From Candidatus Nanopelagicales bacterium (GTDB taxonomy: Bacteria; Actinomycetota; Actinomycetes; S36-B12), in the NCBI GenBank assembly GCA_049315365.1, contig JBMOKH010000002.1, positions 1 to 46,786 of the forward strand: 46,786 nt of DNA. Direction: 5' to 3'. The stretch's first letter is position 1. Each line of letters opens with the position of its first letter. The position numbers and the translations under genes are program-made. The notes beneath the pieces were generated by a model. It had not been told where the DNA came from and did not search any database. It saw only the letters and a program-made list of their open reading frames with translations. Below are positions 8,523 through 16,581 of the stretch, in pieces.

Positions 8523-10130
8523 ATGACTGCAACGACCACTAGCCCCCCGAGCGCCGTGGGGCGCCTCCGACCGATCACCATGGCAATCCTGGCCATGGGG
8601 GGTGAGGGCGGGGGCGTGCTGTCCGACTGGATCGTCGCGCTCGCGGAGGACAACGGCCACTTTGCGCAGAGCACGTCCGTGCCCGGGGTGGCGCAGAGAA
8701 CCGGGGCCACCGTCTATTACGTCGAGATCTTTCCCAGACAGCCCGGTGTCGAGCACCAGCCCGAGCCGGTGCTCAGCACCATGCCCACCCCCGGCGAGGT
8801 CGACATCGTCGTGGCGTCAGAGCTCATGGAAGCCGGTCGCTCGATCCAGCGGGGCTTCTCAACGCCGGACCGCACGACCCTCATCGCCTCGACCAGCCGC
8901 ACCTACGCCATGCCCGAGCGCACCGCGATGGGCGATGGCCGGGTGGATTCCAGCAGGCTCATCGAAGCGGCGCTCGCCTCGTCGCAACGATTCATCCGCG
9001 GTGATTTCGCAAGGATCGCCCAGGACACCGGCAGCGTCATCAGCGCGGTCCTCTTCGGTGCGGTCGCGGGTGCCGGGGTCCTCCCCTTCACCCGGGCCCA
9101 GTTCGAGGACGCCATCCGCGCCAGCGGCAAGGGCGTCGAGCCCAGCCTCCTCGCATTCTCCGAGGGCTTCGCGGTCGCGGCCAAGCCCGCCGGAAAGTCG
9201 ATCGACATCACGATCGGAGCACGTCCGGCCGACCTGCCAGACGAAGGTCCCGATCCTGCCGAGGTGCAGCGGGCCATCGACAACCCCGGCTCGCTCGTCG
9301 GAGCGCGCCTCCAGGCCCAGGCCGTCCGCATCGGCGCTGACTTTCCCGCCGAGTCGCGCTTCATGCTGGTCAACGGCACCAAGCGCACCGCCGAGTACCA
9401 GGACATCGCCTACGCCGACGAGTACCTCGACCGCATCTCCTCGATCACTCCACTCGAAGCGCACGGCGACGGGAGCCACGTCCTCACCACTGAGGCAGCG
9501 CGGTACACCGCCCTGTGGATGACCTACGAGGACACCATCCGGGTGGCCTTCCACAAAACCCGACGGCGTCGCTTCGACCGCGTCGGCAAGGAAGCGCGCA
9601 TCGCGGACACACAAGTGATGCAGGTGCGGGAGTTCCTCCACCCGCAGGTCGAGGAGATCAGCGACACCCTACCCACCGCCCTCGGACGCTGGCTCCTGCG
9701 ATCCAAGGCCATGAACGCGATCATCCACAGGGTCACCCACAAGGGCCTGAAGATCCAGACGACGTCGGTGTGGGGTTTCACGACGCTCTACATTCTGGCC
9801 CGCCTGCGGCCGATCCGCCGTCGCTCGCTTCGCTTCGGCCAGGAGCAGGAGCGCATCGACGCCTGGCTCGAGCTCGCACGAGCGCACGCCCCTGCGGACT
9901 ACGCCCTGGCGACCGAGATCGTCCTGTGCCAGCAGGTGGTGAAGGGGTACGGCTCGACGCACGCAAACGGCATGACGAACTTCAATGCCCTCATGGGGGC
10001 CGTGCCCGTACTCGCCGGCGATCCCCGCGCCGCCGAGCGCCTTCGCAACCTCAGGCGGGCCGCGCTCGCGGACGAGACCGGTCAGCAGCTCCAATTGGCA
10101 CTCAGCGCCTCGAGCATGAGCGCAGGCTGA
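8523..10130 (+). CDS. iorB: Indolepyruvate oxidoreductase beta-family subunit (long form)
   Basis: 535-aa ORF. The N-terminal OFOR gamma-like domain has a glycine loop (ILAMGGEGGGVLSDW). The long C-terminal helical extension is as in the bacterial two-subunit or fused IOR family. It lies directly downstream of iorA with a 32-nt gap. Confidence 0.75.
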   Translation: MTATTTSPPSAVGRLRPITMAILAMGGEGGGVLSDWIVALAEDNGHFAQSTSVPGVAQRTGATVYYVEIFPRQPGVEHQPEPVLSTMPTPGEVDIVVASELMEAGRSIQRGFSTPDRTTLIASTSRTYAMPERTAMGDGRVDSSRLIEAALASSQRFIRGDFARIAQDTGSVISAVLFGAVAGAGVLPFTRAQFEDAIRASGKGVEPSLLAFSEGFAVAAKPAGKSIDITIGARPADLPDEGPDPAEVQRAIDNPGSLVGARLQAQAVRIGADFPAESRFMLVNGTKRTAEYQDIAYADEYLDRISSITPLEAHGDGSHVLTTEAARYTALWMTYEDTIRVAFHKTRRRRFDRVGKEARIADTQVMQVREFLHPQVEEISDTLPTALGRWLLRSKAMNAIIHRVTHKGLKIQTTSVWGFTTLYILARLRPIRRRSLRFGQEQERIDAWLELARAHAPADYALATEIVLCQQVVKGYGSTHANGMTNFNALMGAVPVLAGDPRAAERLRNLRRAALADETGQQLQLALSASSMSAG

Positions 10131-10183
10131 GCACCCTGTCCTGAGCGACAGGAACCGGCAGTCCCTGCGTGGGAGACTGTGGC

Positions 10184-10873
10184 ATGACCAAGGCCGACGC
10201 CGTATTCACCGGGTTCCCCGCCGAGACCTTCGAGTTCTACGAGCAGCTGGGTGCCAACAACACAAAGGCTTGGTGGACCCTTCACAAGGCCGACTACGAG
10301 CGACTGGTTCGCACGCCCATGCTGGACCTGCTCGGTGAGCTCACGGACGAATTCGGCGACCCTCACCTGTACCGCCCCTACCGCGACGCCCGGTTCAGCA
10401 AGGACAAGACCCCACTCAAGGACCATCAGGGAGCCGTAGTCCAGATCGAGGACGCCGTCGCCTACTACGTGCAGGTCTCCGCGAGCGGACTCATCGCCGG
10501 CGCCGGCTGGTACTCGCCCCAGGGGGAGCAGCTGCGCCGGTACCGCGAGGCGGTAGACGGCCCGACCGGCGCTGTGCTCGAGCAGATCCTCGAGGGCCTT
10601 TCACCGCGGTTTGAGATCGACGGGCGTCCGCTCGCCACCAAGCCGCGCGGGTACGACGCACACAACCCGCGCATCGGGCTCTTGCGGAACCGGATGCTCG
10701 TCGCATCGAGCACCTATCCGGCGGCTCCGTGGATGGGAACCCGCAAGGCGCTGAAGACCGTGCGGGCCGACTGGCAGGCCCTGCAGCCGCTCGCCGAATG
10801 GCTGGCCGACCACGTCGGGCCGGCGCAGGATCCGGCAGCCGATCATGCGCTATCTGCGAACGACCAGAATTGA
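10184..10873 (+). CDS. DUF2461 (TIGR02453) family protein, function unknown
   Basis: Pattern FTGFP..TFEFY..L..NN.K.WW....Y...V..P...L...L and the motif YRDARFSKDKTPLK are typical of DUF2461. The track starts at a GTG (10169). The ATG at 10184 (MTKADAV...) is the more likely start. Confidence 0.7.
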   Translation: MTKADAVFTGFPAETFEFYEQLGANNTKAWWTLHKADYERLVRTPMLDLLGELTDEFGDPHLYRPYRDARFSKDKTPLKDHQGAVVQIEDAVAYYVQVSASGLIAGAGWYSPQGEQLRRYREAVDGPTGAVLEQILEGLSPRFEIDGRPLATKPRGYDAHNPRIGLLRNRMLVASSTYPAAPWMGTRKALKTVRADWQALQPLAEWLADHVGPAQDPAADHALSANDQN

Positions 10874-10881
10874 TCGCCGGA

Positions 10882-11985
10882 TCACGACTCGTTCGTGGGT
10901 GGCATCCCGGGGAGCGGACGAACTTTTCGGAAGGGCCAGACGAATTCCCTGCCACCGGTAATTCCTGAAGGCCGGAAGAGCAGCATCCCCACGAGAATCA
11001 GCCCGAGGATGATCGCCCTCGCACCCTGCGGCACCGTCACGACATACGCGCCGATCTCAAGACCATTTTGCAGGCGTACGAGCAGGACGTCGACCAGGCT
11101 GAACACCAGCGTGCCAATGACCGCACCGCTCAACGAGAGCATGCCGCCGAGTACGAGCATTGCCAAGGTCACGAAGGTCAGCTCGATGTTCAGCTGACTC
11201 GACTGCACCACACGGTTCGTCAGGGCGAACAGCCCGCCGGCGACCCCGGCAACGATGCCGGAGACCGCAAACACGATGATCCGCTGGCTCACGACGTTGA
11301 TGCCCGAGGACGCTGCAGCGATGCCATCCTCACGAGCTGCCCGAAGAAGCCTGGAGGGCCTCGTTCGCTGGAACAGCCAGGCGGCAACGATCGCCGCCAT
11401 CGCGAACAGCATCGTCGTCTGCAGATTCAGGACATCTGGGATGCCGACCATCGACTGACCACTACGCGGGCCGACGCTCGACCAGTAAGTGAGGACCTGA
11501 TTGACGACCCCGAGGAGGGCGAACGTCGCGATGCCCGCCTGCAATCCGTTCAGTCGCATGAGCACGGGCGAAACGACGAGTGCGAGCAGCCCGCCGACGA
11601 CTCCGCCGATGAGCACCGCGATGAGCCACGGTGCGTTGAGGTCGAACAGGAAAGGGAAGAGATCCGGAAGGAGATTGCGCTTGAGCTCGGGATCGATCGT
11701 GAGCAGTCCCACGGTCCACGCGCCAACGGCGACGAACGCCACATGCCCGAAACTGAGCACCCCTGATGTGCCGATGAATATCTGGAGTGCCACCACGATG
11801 ATGAGGTTCACGAGCGCGTACTGCAACTGCACCTGAACACTGTCGCCGAAGAAGCTGTTGATCAGCGTGACGAAGTACACGATGGCGAGCAGGCTCACCA
11901 GCGACCAGATGGGCCCGAGTCGGTACCAGAGACCGCGCGGTGCGCCAGTGGTCGTCGCCTCAGCAACTCCGATGCGTTCAGTCAC
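10882..11985 (-). CDS. Branched-chain-amino-acid-type (HAAT family) ABC transporter permease, LivM-like
   Basis: 367-aa polytopic hydrophobic ORF in the LivM position. GTG start overlaps the stop of the upstream permease (GTGA). Confidence 0.85.
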   Translation of the reverse strand: MTERIGVAEATTTGAPRGLWYRLGPIWSLVSLLAIVYFVTLINSFFGDSVQVQLQYALVNLIIVVALQIFIGTSGVLSFGHVAFVAVGAWTVGLLTIDPELKRNLLPDLFPFLFDLNAPWLIAVLIGGVVGGLLALVVSPVLMRLNGLQAGIATFALLGVVNQVLTYWSSVGPRSGQSMVGIPDVLNLQTTMLFAMAAIVAAWLFQRTRPSRLLRAAREDGIAAASSGINVVSQRIIVFAVSGIVAGVAGGLFALTNRVVQSSQLNIELTFVTLAMLVLGGMLSLSGAVIGTLVFSLVDVLLVRLQNGLEIGAYVVTVPQGARAIILGLILVGMLLFRPSGITGGREFVWPFRKVRPLPGMPPTNES

Positions 11986-12869
11986 GTGCGTGCCACCCCA
12001 CGTCCCTTGATGAGCAAGCCCGACGGCTTGAACAGGAGAACCCCGATGACGAGCACGAAAACATACGCATCCTTGAAGTTGCTCATCTCCTGCGGTAGCC
12101 AGGTTGCAAGCATTGAGGTTACGAAGCCGACGAGGAACCCGCCTGCGAGCGATCCGGAGATCTTGTCGATGCCCCCAATAACGGCGCCTACCAGCGCGAG
12201 AATCGTGATCTGGACTCCGAAGGTCGGACCTACGGCGCCGCTCTGAACGGTAAGAACAAAGGCAACGGCCGCCGCGAGAATTCCACTGAGTGCGAAGGAC
12301 AGGGCGATCACCCGCCCAGCGGGGATGCCCACCAACCTGGCGGTCTTGAAGTCCGCGGCTGCGGCCTTAAGCTGCAGGCCCTGGCTGGTGCGGGTGAGGA
12401 ACCAATTGAGGGCGAGGAGCAGGACGCAGGCGATGACGATCGTTGCAACCGACAGCAGTTGAATTCGGACCCCTGCGAACTCAACCGTCTGGGCGAGCCC
12501 GCTGGCTACCGGAGCCGTTCGTACATTGTTCGAGAACACGAGTTCGTAGACGCGTTGAAGCAGAAAGCTGAGCCCGAAGGATGCGATGAGCAAGGTCGCC
12601 GGATTCGCGGATCGCATCCGGGAGAAGACTGCAAACTCCATGAGCAGGGACATCGCGATGGCCACGAGGATCGACAGCGGGATGGCGATGTACCAGCCAA
12701 GGCCCCACGCGAAGATGAGGCAGTAGGCCGATGCCGTGATTATCTCCGCCTGCGCGAAGTTCGCAAGCCTGATCACGCCGAAAACGAGCCCGATCGCCAA
12801 AGCGGCGAGGCCCAGGGTTGCGCCTGCGGAAAGCGCGTCGACCAGGGACTGAATCAACTGCCCGATCAT
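11982..12869 (-). CDS. HAAT-family ABC transporter permease, LivH-like
   Basis: 295-aa polytopic ORF with a LivH-like N-terminus (MIGQLIQSLVDALSAGATLGL). ATGA overlap with the upstream ATPase gene. Confidence 0.85.
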   Translation of the reverse strand: MIGQLIQSLVDALSAGATLGLAALAIGLVFGVIRLANFAQAEIITASAYCLIFAWGLGWYIAIPLSILVAIAMSLLMEFAVFSRMRSANPATLLIASFGLSFLLQRVYELVFSNNVRTAPVASGLAQTVEFAGVRIQLLSVATIVIACVLLLALNWFLTRTSQGLQLKAAAADFKTARLVGIPAGRVIALSFALSGILAAAVAFVLTVQSGAVGPTFGVQITILALVGAVIGGIDKISGSLAGGFLVGFVTSMLATWLPQEMSNFKDAYVFVLVIGVLLFKPSGLLIKGRGVART

Positions 12870-13612
12870 CCGAAGTACGCCTTCGTCAAGACATCGACCT
12901 TCTCGGCATCCTCTGGCTTGAGCGTCAACGTGATCTCCCCGTCGTGCAGGACGAACGTGCGGTCGCAGAAGGCGATAGTGAACTCAGCGCGCTGCTCGAC
13001 GACGAGGACCGCCTTACCTGCGGCCCGAATGACGTCGAGGGCTTCGAACACGGTGTCGACCGCGGTCGGAGACAGTCCCAGGCTGGGCTCGTCGAGCAAG
13101 AGGATGTCCGGGTCGCTCATGAGGGCACGGCCGATCGCCAACTGCTGCTGCTGACCCCCCGAGAGAAGTCCTGCCTGGCGATGGCCGAAGTCTCCAAGGA
13201 TGGGAAACAGCGTGAGGACATGCTCCATTGCCTCGGAGTAACCGGCCCGGTCTCGACGGGCCACGGCTCCGAGTCGCAGGTTATCGGCGACGCTCAGCTC
13301 GGCAAAGACGTGCCGACCCTCGGGCACGAGGGCGACGCCCCTGCGCACCACCTTCTCCGGCGGGAGCCCCGCGACGTCGTGCCCATCGACGAGCACGCGG
13401 CCCGTGCGCGCGATCGCGCCCATAATTGCGAGCAACGTGGATGACTTTCCCGCGCCGTTCGGCCCGATGAGCCCAACGGCCTCCCCTGCCTTCACGTCCA
13501 GGCTGATGCCCCGTACCGCAGGTACCCCGCCGTACGACACCGCAAGCTGCTGTACGCAAAGGCCTCGCTCGCTCTCCACGTCCCCGGAACCGGCCCTGTC
13601 ACCGATGGACAC
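12866..13612 (-). CDS. HAAT-family ABC transporter ATP-binding protein, LivF-like
   Basis: Walker A GPNGAGKSS, signature LSGGQQQ, Walker B ILLLDEPS. The 363-aa track ORF overlaps livG out of frame. I place the start at the GTG at 13612, preceded by GGAAGGAG with a 5-nt spacer. Confidence 0.85.
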   Translation of the reverse strand: MSIGDRAGSGDVESERGLCVQQLAVSYGGVPAVRGISLDVKAGEAVGLIGPNGAGKSSTLLAIMGAIARTGRVLVDGHDVAGLPPEKVVRRGVALVPEGRHVFAELSVADNLRLGAVARRDRAGYSEAMEHVLTLFPILGDFGHRQAGLLSGGQQQQLAIGRALMSDPDILLLDEPSLGLSPTAVDTVFEALDVIRAAGKAVLVVEQRAEFTIAFCDRTFVLHDGEITLTLKPEDAEKVDVLTKAYFG

Positions 13613-14351
13613 TGCCACTCCTTCCGAGGTAGGCCTCGACGAGCTCTTCGCTCCCGCGCACTTCATCCGGGGTGCCCTCAAGGAGAGTCTTGCCCTCGAC
13701 CAGAACATGGATGCGATCGCAGACATCAAGGATGAGACGAACATTGTGGTCGATGAGAAGGACGCCCAGACCCCTGTCCCGCAGCGCCCGGATGTTATAC
13801 GCGAAGTCGCCGATCTCGCCTTCGTTGAGGCCTGCTGCCGGCTCATCGAGCAGGACGTATGACGGGGATCCGGCCAAAGCCCGGGCCACCCCAACGCGCC
13901 GCTCCACTCCATGAGGCAACGAGCTGGCAGCATGCGTCGCGAGTGCCTGGAGTCCAAACGAGTCTAGGAGCGCGTCCGCGGTGTCTCCCGCGGCCCTGCG
14001 ATGCTGTCCGGTTCCGATGGCCGTCACGACGATGTTCTCGCGGACGGTGAGCCCGCTGAACAGATGCCCGTGCTGAAACGTCCGAGCGAGGCCATGACGG
14101 GCACGCATGTGCGGCTTGGCCCGGGTGATGTTCTGGCCATCAAGGTAGACGGTCCCGGCATCCGGCAGGTCATAGCCGCTGATGATGTTCACCAGCGTGG
14201 ACTTTCCGGCGCCATTCGGACCGATGAGGCCCAGCACCTCGCCCGGACCAACCGCCAGGCTGACATCGGTCAGGGCATGAACGCCGGAGAAGGAACGGGT
14301 CACCCCGGTCACACTCAAAGAGCGTGACCGGGGTGACTGCGTGTCGATCAT
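13599..14351 (-). CDS. HAAT-family ABC transporter ATP-binding protein, LivG-like
   Basis: Walker A GPNGAGKST, Walker B YVLLDEPAAG. Its ATG shares one base with the TAA of the binding-protein gene (TAATG). Confidence 0.85.
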   Translation of the reverse strand: MIDTQSPRSRSLSVTGVTRSFSGVHALTDVSLAVGPGEVLGLIGPNGAGKSTLVNIISGYDLPDAGTVYLDGQNITRAKPHMRARHGLARTFQHGHLFSGLTVRENIVVTAIGTGQHRRAAGDTADALLDSFGLQALATHAASSLPHGVERRVGVARALAGSPSYVLLDEPAAGLNEGEIGDFAYNIRALRDRGLGVLLIDHNVRLILDVCDRIHVLVEGKTLLEGTPDEVRGSEELVEAYLGRSGSVHR

Positions 14352-15598
14352 TACGGGAAGACGACCTTCTCCGGGGCAACAGCCTCGATGAACTTCAGCT
14401 GGCCGTCCTTGACCTCGAGGATCGCCATCGGGCGGCCCACGTTGATGTGCAGGTCAGGCGAGAACGAGGTCGGGCCGGCCAGGGTCGGCACGTCCTTGAA
14501 CGTCTCGAGTGCAGCGGTCAGCTTGTCGCCGTCCCAGCTTCCGGCCTGCTTGTAGGCCTCGAGGATGACCTGGAGGGTCGTCGGACCGGTGACGAATCCA
14601 CCGACATCCGGCTTGGCGCCGTACTTCGCCTCGTAGGCCGCCGCGTACTCGTTGACGGCTGCATTGGCGTCATCGCCATTCTTCGAGTTGTACGTCACGA
14701 CGTAGTAGTCCGACAGATTCGGGATGGCGCCGACCCAGAAGTCGCCGTCCATGCCGAAGCCGGAGACGATCGGGGTCGCAAGGCCGCCATCGCGGATCTC
14801 CTTGGCGACCGTGCCGCCGCCCGGGTTGTAACCGCAGTTGATGATGACGTCAGGAGCGCCTGCGGCTGAGATCTTCGAGACGGTCTCCTTGACGGAGTCG
14901 CCCTGCACGTAATCGTAGGTCTTCACGACAGTGCCGCCGAGCTCAGTGAAGCGCTTCTCGAACACAGCGCACTGGTTCTGCGTGTACTTGATCGACGTGT
15001 CCTTGAGCAGGACTGCGTTCTTCCAGCCCTTGCTGTTCGCGAACTCGGCCATGACCGATGCCTCGCCGGGAACGCCATCACCCATGGAGAAGCCGAGCTT
15101 GAGGCCGCCCGCAGGTCCGTAGATCGGGTCACCGATGCAGGGTGCGACGTTGAGGATGTTCTTGCCCTCAGCAACCAGTGCCGCAGGAGAGGACACGTCG
15201 TAGTCGCAGGTGACGACGAGGACATTGGCACCCTTGCCGATTACTTCCTCTGCTGCTGGTGCGTACTTCTCGAACTTGGTCTCGGTGTCGATGAACTCAA
15301 CCGTGATCGGCTGGCCATTGACGCCGCCAGCGGCGTTGACTGCATCGACCTCCATGAGAAGTGCGTTGCGCGCGGGGGTATCGATCGGGCCCATGAAGCC
15401 CGAGCCGGCCTGAACGATGCCGAGAACGAGCGGATCCCCGGTCGGTGCCGCAGCAGATGCAGCGGTCGAAGCCGCGGCAGATGCCTCGGCCGGAGCCGAG
15501 CTCGCCTCGGAACTGCTTGATCCCGACGAAACGCACCCGGACAATACGAGCGAGCCAGCGCCTACCGCTGCCGCCACTGCCATGAGACGAATCCTCAT
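14351..15598 (-). CDS. ABC transporter substrate-binding lipoprotein (LivK/type-1 periplasmic binding fold)
   Basis: Start placed at the ATG at 15598, preceded by AGGAGG. The signal peptide has the lipobox LSGC and is followed by a Ser/Ala-rich linker. The rest resembles Leu/Ile/Val-binding-protein family receptors. Confidence 0.8.
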   Translation of the reverse strand: MRIRLMAVAAAVGAGSLVLSGCVSSGSSSSEASSAPAEASAAASTAASAAAPTGDPLVLGIVQAGSGFMGPIDTPARNALLMEVDAVNAAGGVNGQPITVEFIDTETKFEKYAPAAEEVIGKGANVLVVTCDYDVSSPAALVAEGKNILNVAPCIGDPIYGPAGGLKLGFSMGDGVPGEASVMAEFANSKGWKNAVLLKDTSIKYTQNQCAVFEKRFTELGGTVVKTYDYVQGDSVKETVSKISAAGAPDVIINCGYNPGGGTVAKEIRDGGLATPIVSGFGMDGDFWVGAIPNLSDYYVVTYNSKNGDDANAAVNEYAAAYEAKYGAKPDVGGFVTGPTTLQVILEAYKQAGSWDGDKLTAALETFKDVPTLAGPTSFSPDLHINVGRPMAILEVKDGQLKFIEAVAPEKVVFP

Positions 15599-15672
15599 GC
15601 CACCTCCTGATTGAGAGCGAACCCAAAGGTCCTGCCATGCGAAAGATACGACCGCGATTGCGGCGTTGACGA

Positions 15673-15702
15673 ATTGTGACATTTGATCACAGCCCGGTTC
15701 AA
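15673..15702 (-). promoter_or_regulatory. Candidate promoter of the ABC importer operon
   Basis: On the minus strand: -35-like TTGAAC (15702-15697), 18-nt spacer, -10-like CACAAT (15678-15673). The 12-mer at 15680-15691 lies entirely inside the spacer. Confidence 0.3.
15680..15691. promoter_or_regulatory. Candidate operator, site 2 (CATTTGATCACA)
   Basis: Matches site 1 at 11/12 positions. It lies 82 nt upstream of the binding-protein ATG, within the proposed promoter spacer. Confidence 0.4.
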
Positions 15703-15748
15703 GCAAAAGCCCCGGTCGTTACGAGATGTTTACCTGACGAGCGTCAGA

Positions 15749-16504
15749 TTAACGCAATAAAGGCGTCTCGGATGTCACGTCGGGCATTTTGACCCCGGAA
15801 AGAACGTCCGAGGCACTGGGAAGCGCCTCGGTCAGGTCGCCGTCTCCCCCAAGCTCGCTGAGGGACTCAGCAGAGAGCCTCACCGAGGTTTGCAGGTGGG
15901 CAACCAACCACTGGACAGCGGAGCCGCCATCACCGCGGGTGAGCGCGTCGAGGAGTTGCTCGTGCTCATTGTCGCGCTCAGGCTGGATCTCGTGCTTGCG
16001 AAGGGCTCCGACTCGATAGCGCTCGGAATTGCGCCAGGCCGGGAGAATGCTCCGCACTATCCACACTCGACGTGACGCCGCGTACAAGGCGAAGTGAAAG
16101 CGCTCATGCGCATCCCGCTCGGCAACCCGGTCCCCTGCAAGCTGCGCTTGAGCCCGGTCCGCCAGCGCCTCCCTCGCCCTGGCTTCGTCATCGGAGGTGA
16201 AGCGCTTGGCTGCCTCCCAGACGGCGATTCCCTCGAGGTGAATACGGCTGAAGTAGGTGTCCTGCAGATCTCCGAGGGTCATGTCACGCACTCGGGCGCC
16301 CTTGCGGGGCTCAATCTCCACCAGGTCCAGGGCAGCGAGCCGGCGAATCGCCTCACGAACAGGCATCATGCTCATGCCCAATTGCTCAGAGAGCTCCTTG
16401 AGCCGCAGCGGCGAACCAGGGGGGATTCGCCCATCAACGATCGCATCAAACAGCGACTGCGCCGCCACGTCCGATGCGCTTTCCAGTTGCGCTTTGCCGA
16501 GCAT
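15749..16504 (-). CDS. GntR-family transcriptional regulator, FadR/FCD subfamily
   Basis: 251-aa ORF. The N-terminal winged HTH is LKELSEQLGMSMMPVREAIRRLAALDLVEIEPRKGARV. The C-terminal all-helical domain is FCD-like with His-rich positions. Confidence 0.85.
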   Translation of the reverse strand: MLGKAQLESASDVAAQSLFDAIVDGRIPPGSPLRLKELSEQLGMSMMPVREAIRRLAALDLVEIEPRKGARVRDMTLGDLQDTYFSRIHLEGIAVWEAAKRFTSDDEARAREALADRAQAQLAGDRVAERDAHERFHFALYAASRRVWIVRSILPAWRNSERYRVGALRKHEIQPERDNEHEQLLDALTRGDGGSAVQWLVAHLQTSVRLSAESLSELGGDGDLTEALPSASDVLSGVKMPDVTSETPLLR

Positions 16505-16509
16505 TCCGA

Positions 16510-16521
16510 CATTTTATCAAA
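16510..16521. promoter_or_regulatory. Candidate operator, site 3 (CATTTTATCAAA), overlapping an extended -10 (TGATAAAAT on the minus strand)
   Basis: Matches site 1 at 11/12 positions. The minus-strand TAAAAT (16516-16511) lies 6 nt from the regulator ATG (16504). This geometry suggests a leaderless transcript and autoregulation. Confidence 0.35.
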
Positions 16522-16557
16522 TATCGCATGTCACAGGGGGTACCCGACAATTCACGT

Positions 16558-16574
16558 CCCCGATCTCAGCGGGG
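16558..16574 (-). terminator. Weak hairpin after the last gene of the long minus-strand array
   Basis: CCCCG-N7-CGGGG, located 8 nt downstream of the thioesterase stop (16582-16584). No U-tract. Confidence 0.25.
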
Positions 16575-16581
16575 TGCACGC

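Noticed and set aside
13613-13957. N-terminal extension of the livF-like ORF (363 aa in the track).
   Set aside because: It overlaps livG out of frame and has no ABC homology. A GTG at 13612 with a GGAAGGAG Shine-Dalgarno gives a normal ATPase of about 248 aa.
15675-15691. CRP/GlxR-like inverted repeat TGTGA-N7-TCACA overlapping operator site 2.
   Set aside because: The spacer is 7 nt, whereas the CRP-family consensus I know (TGTGA-N6-TCACA) has 6. The arms are not present at the other two 12-mer sites. I treat it as part of site 2, not as a separate CRP site.
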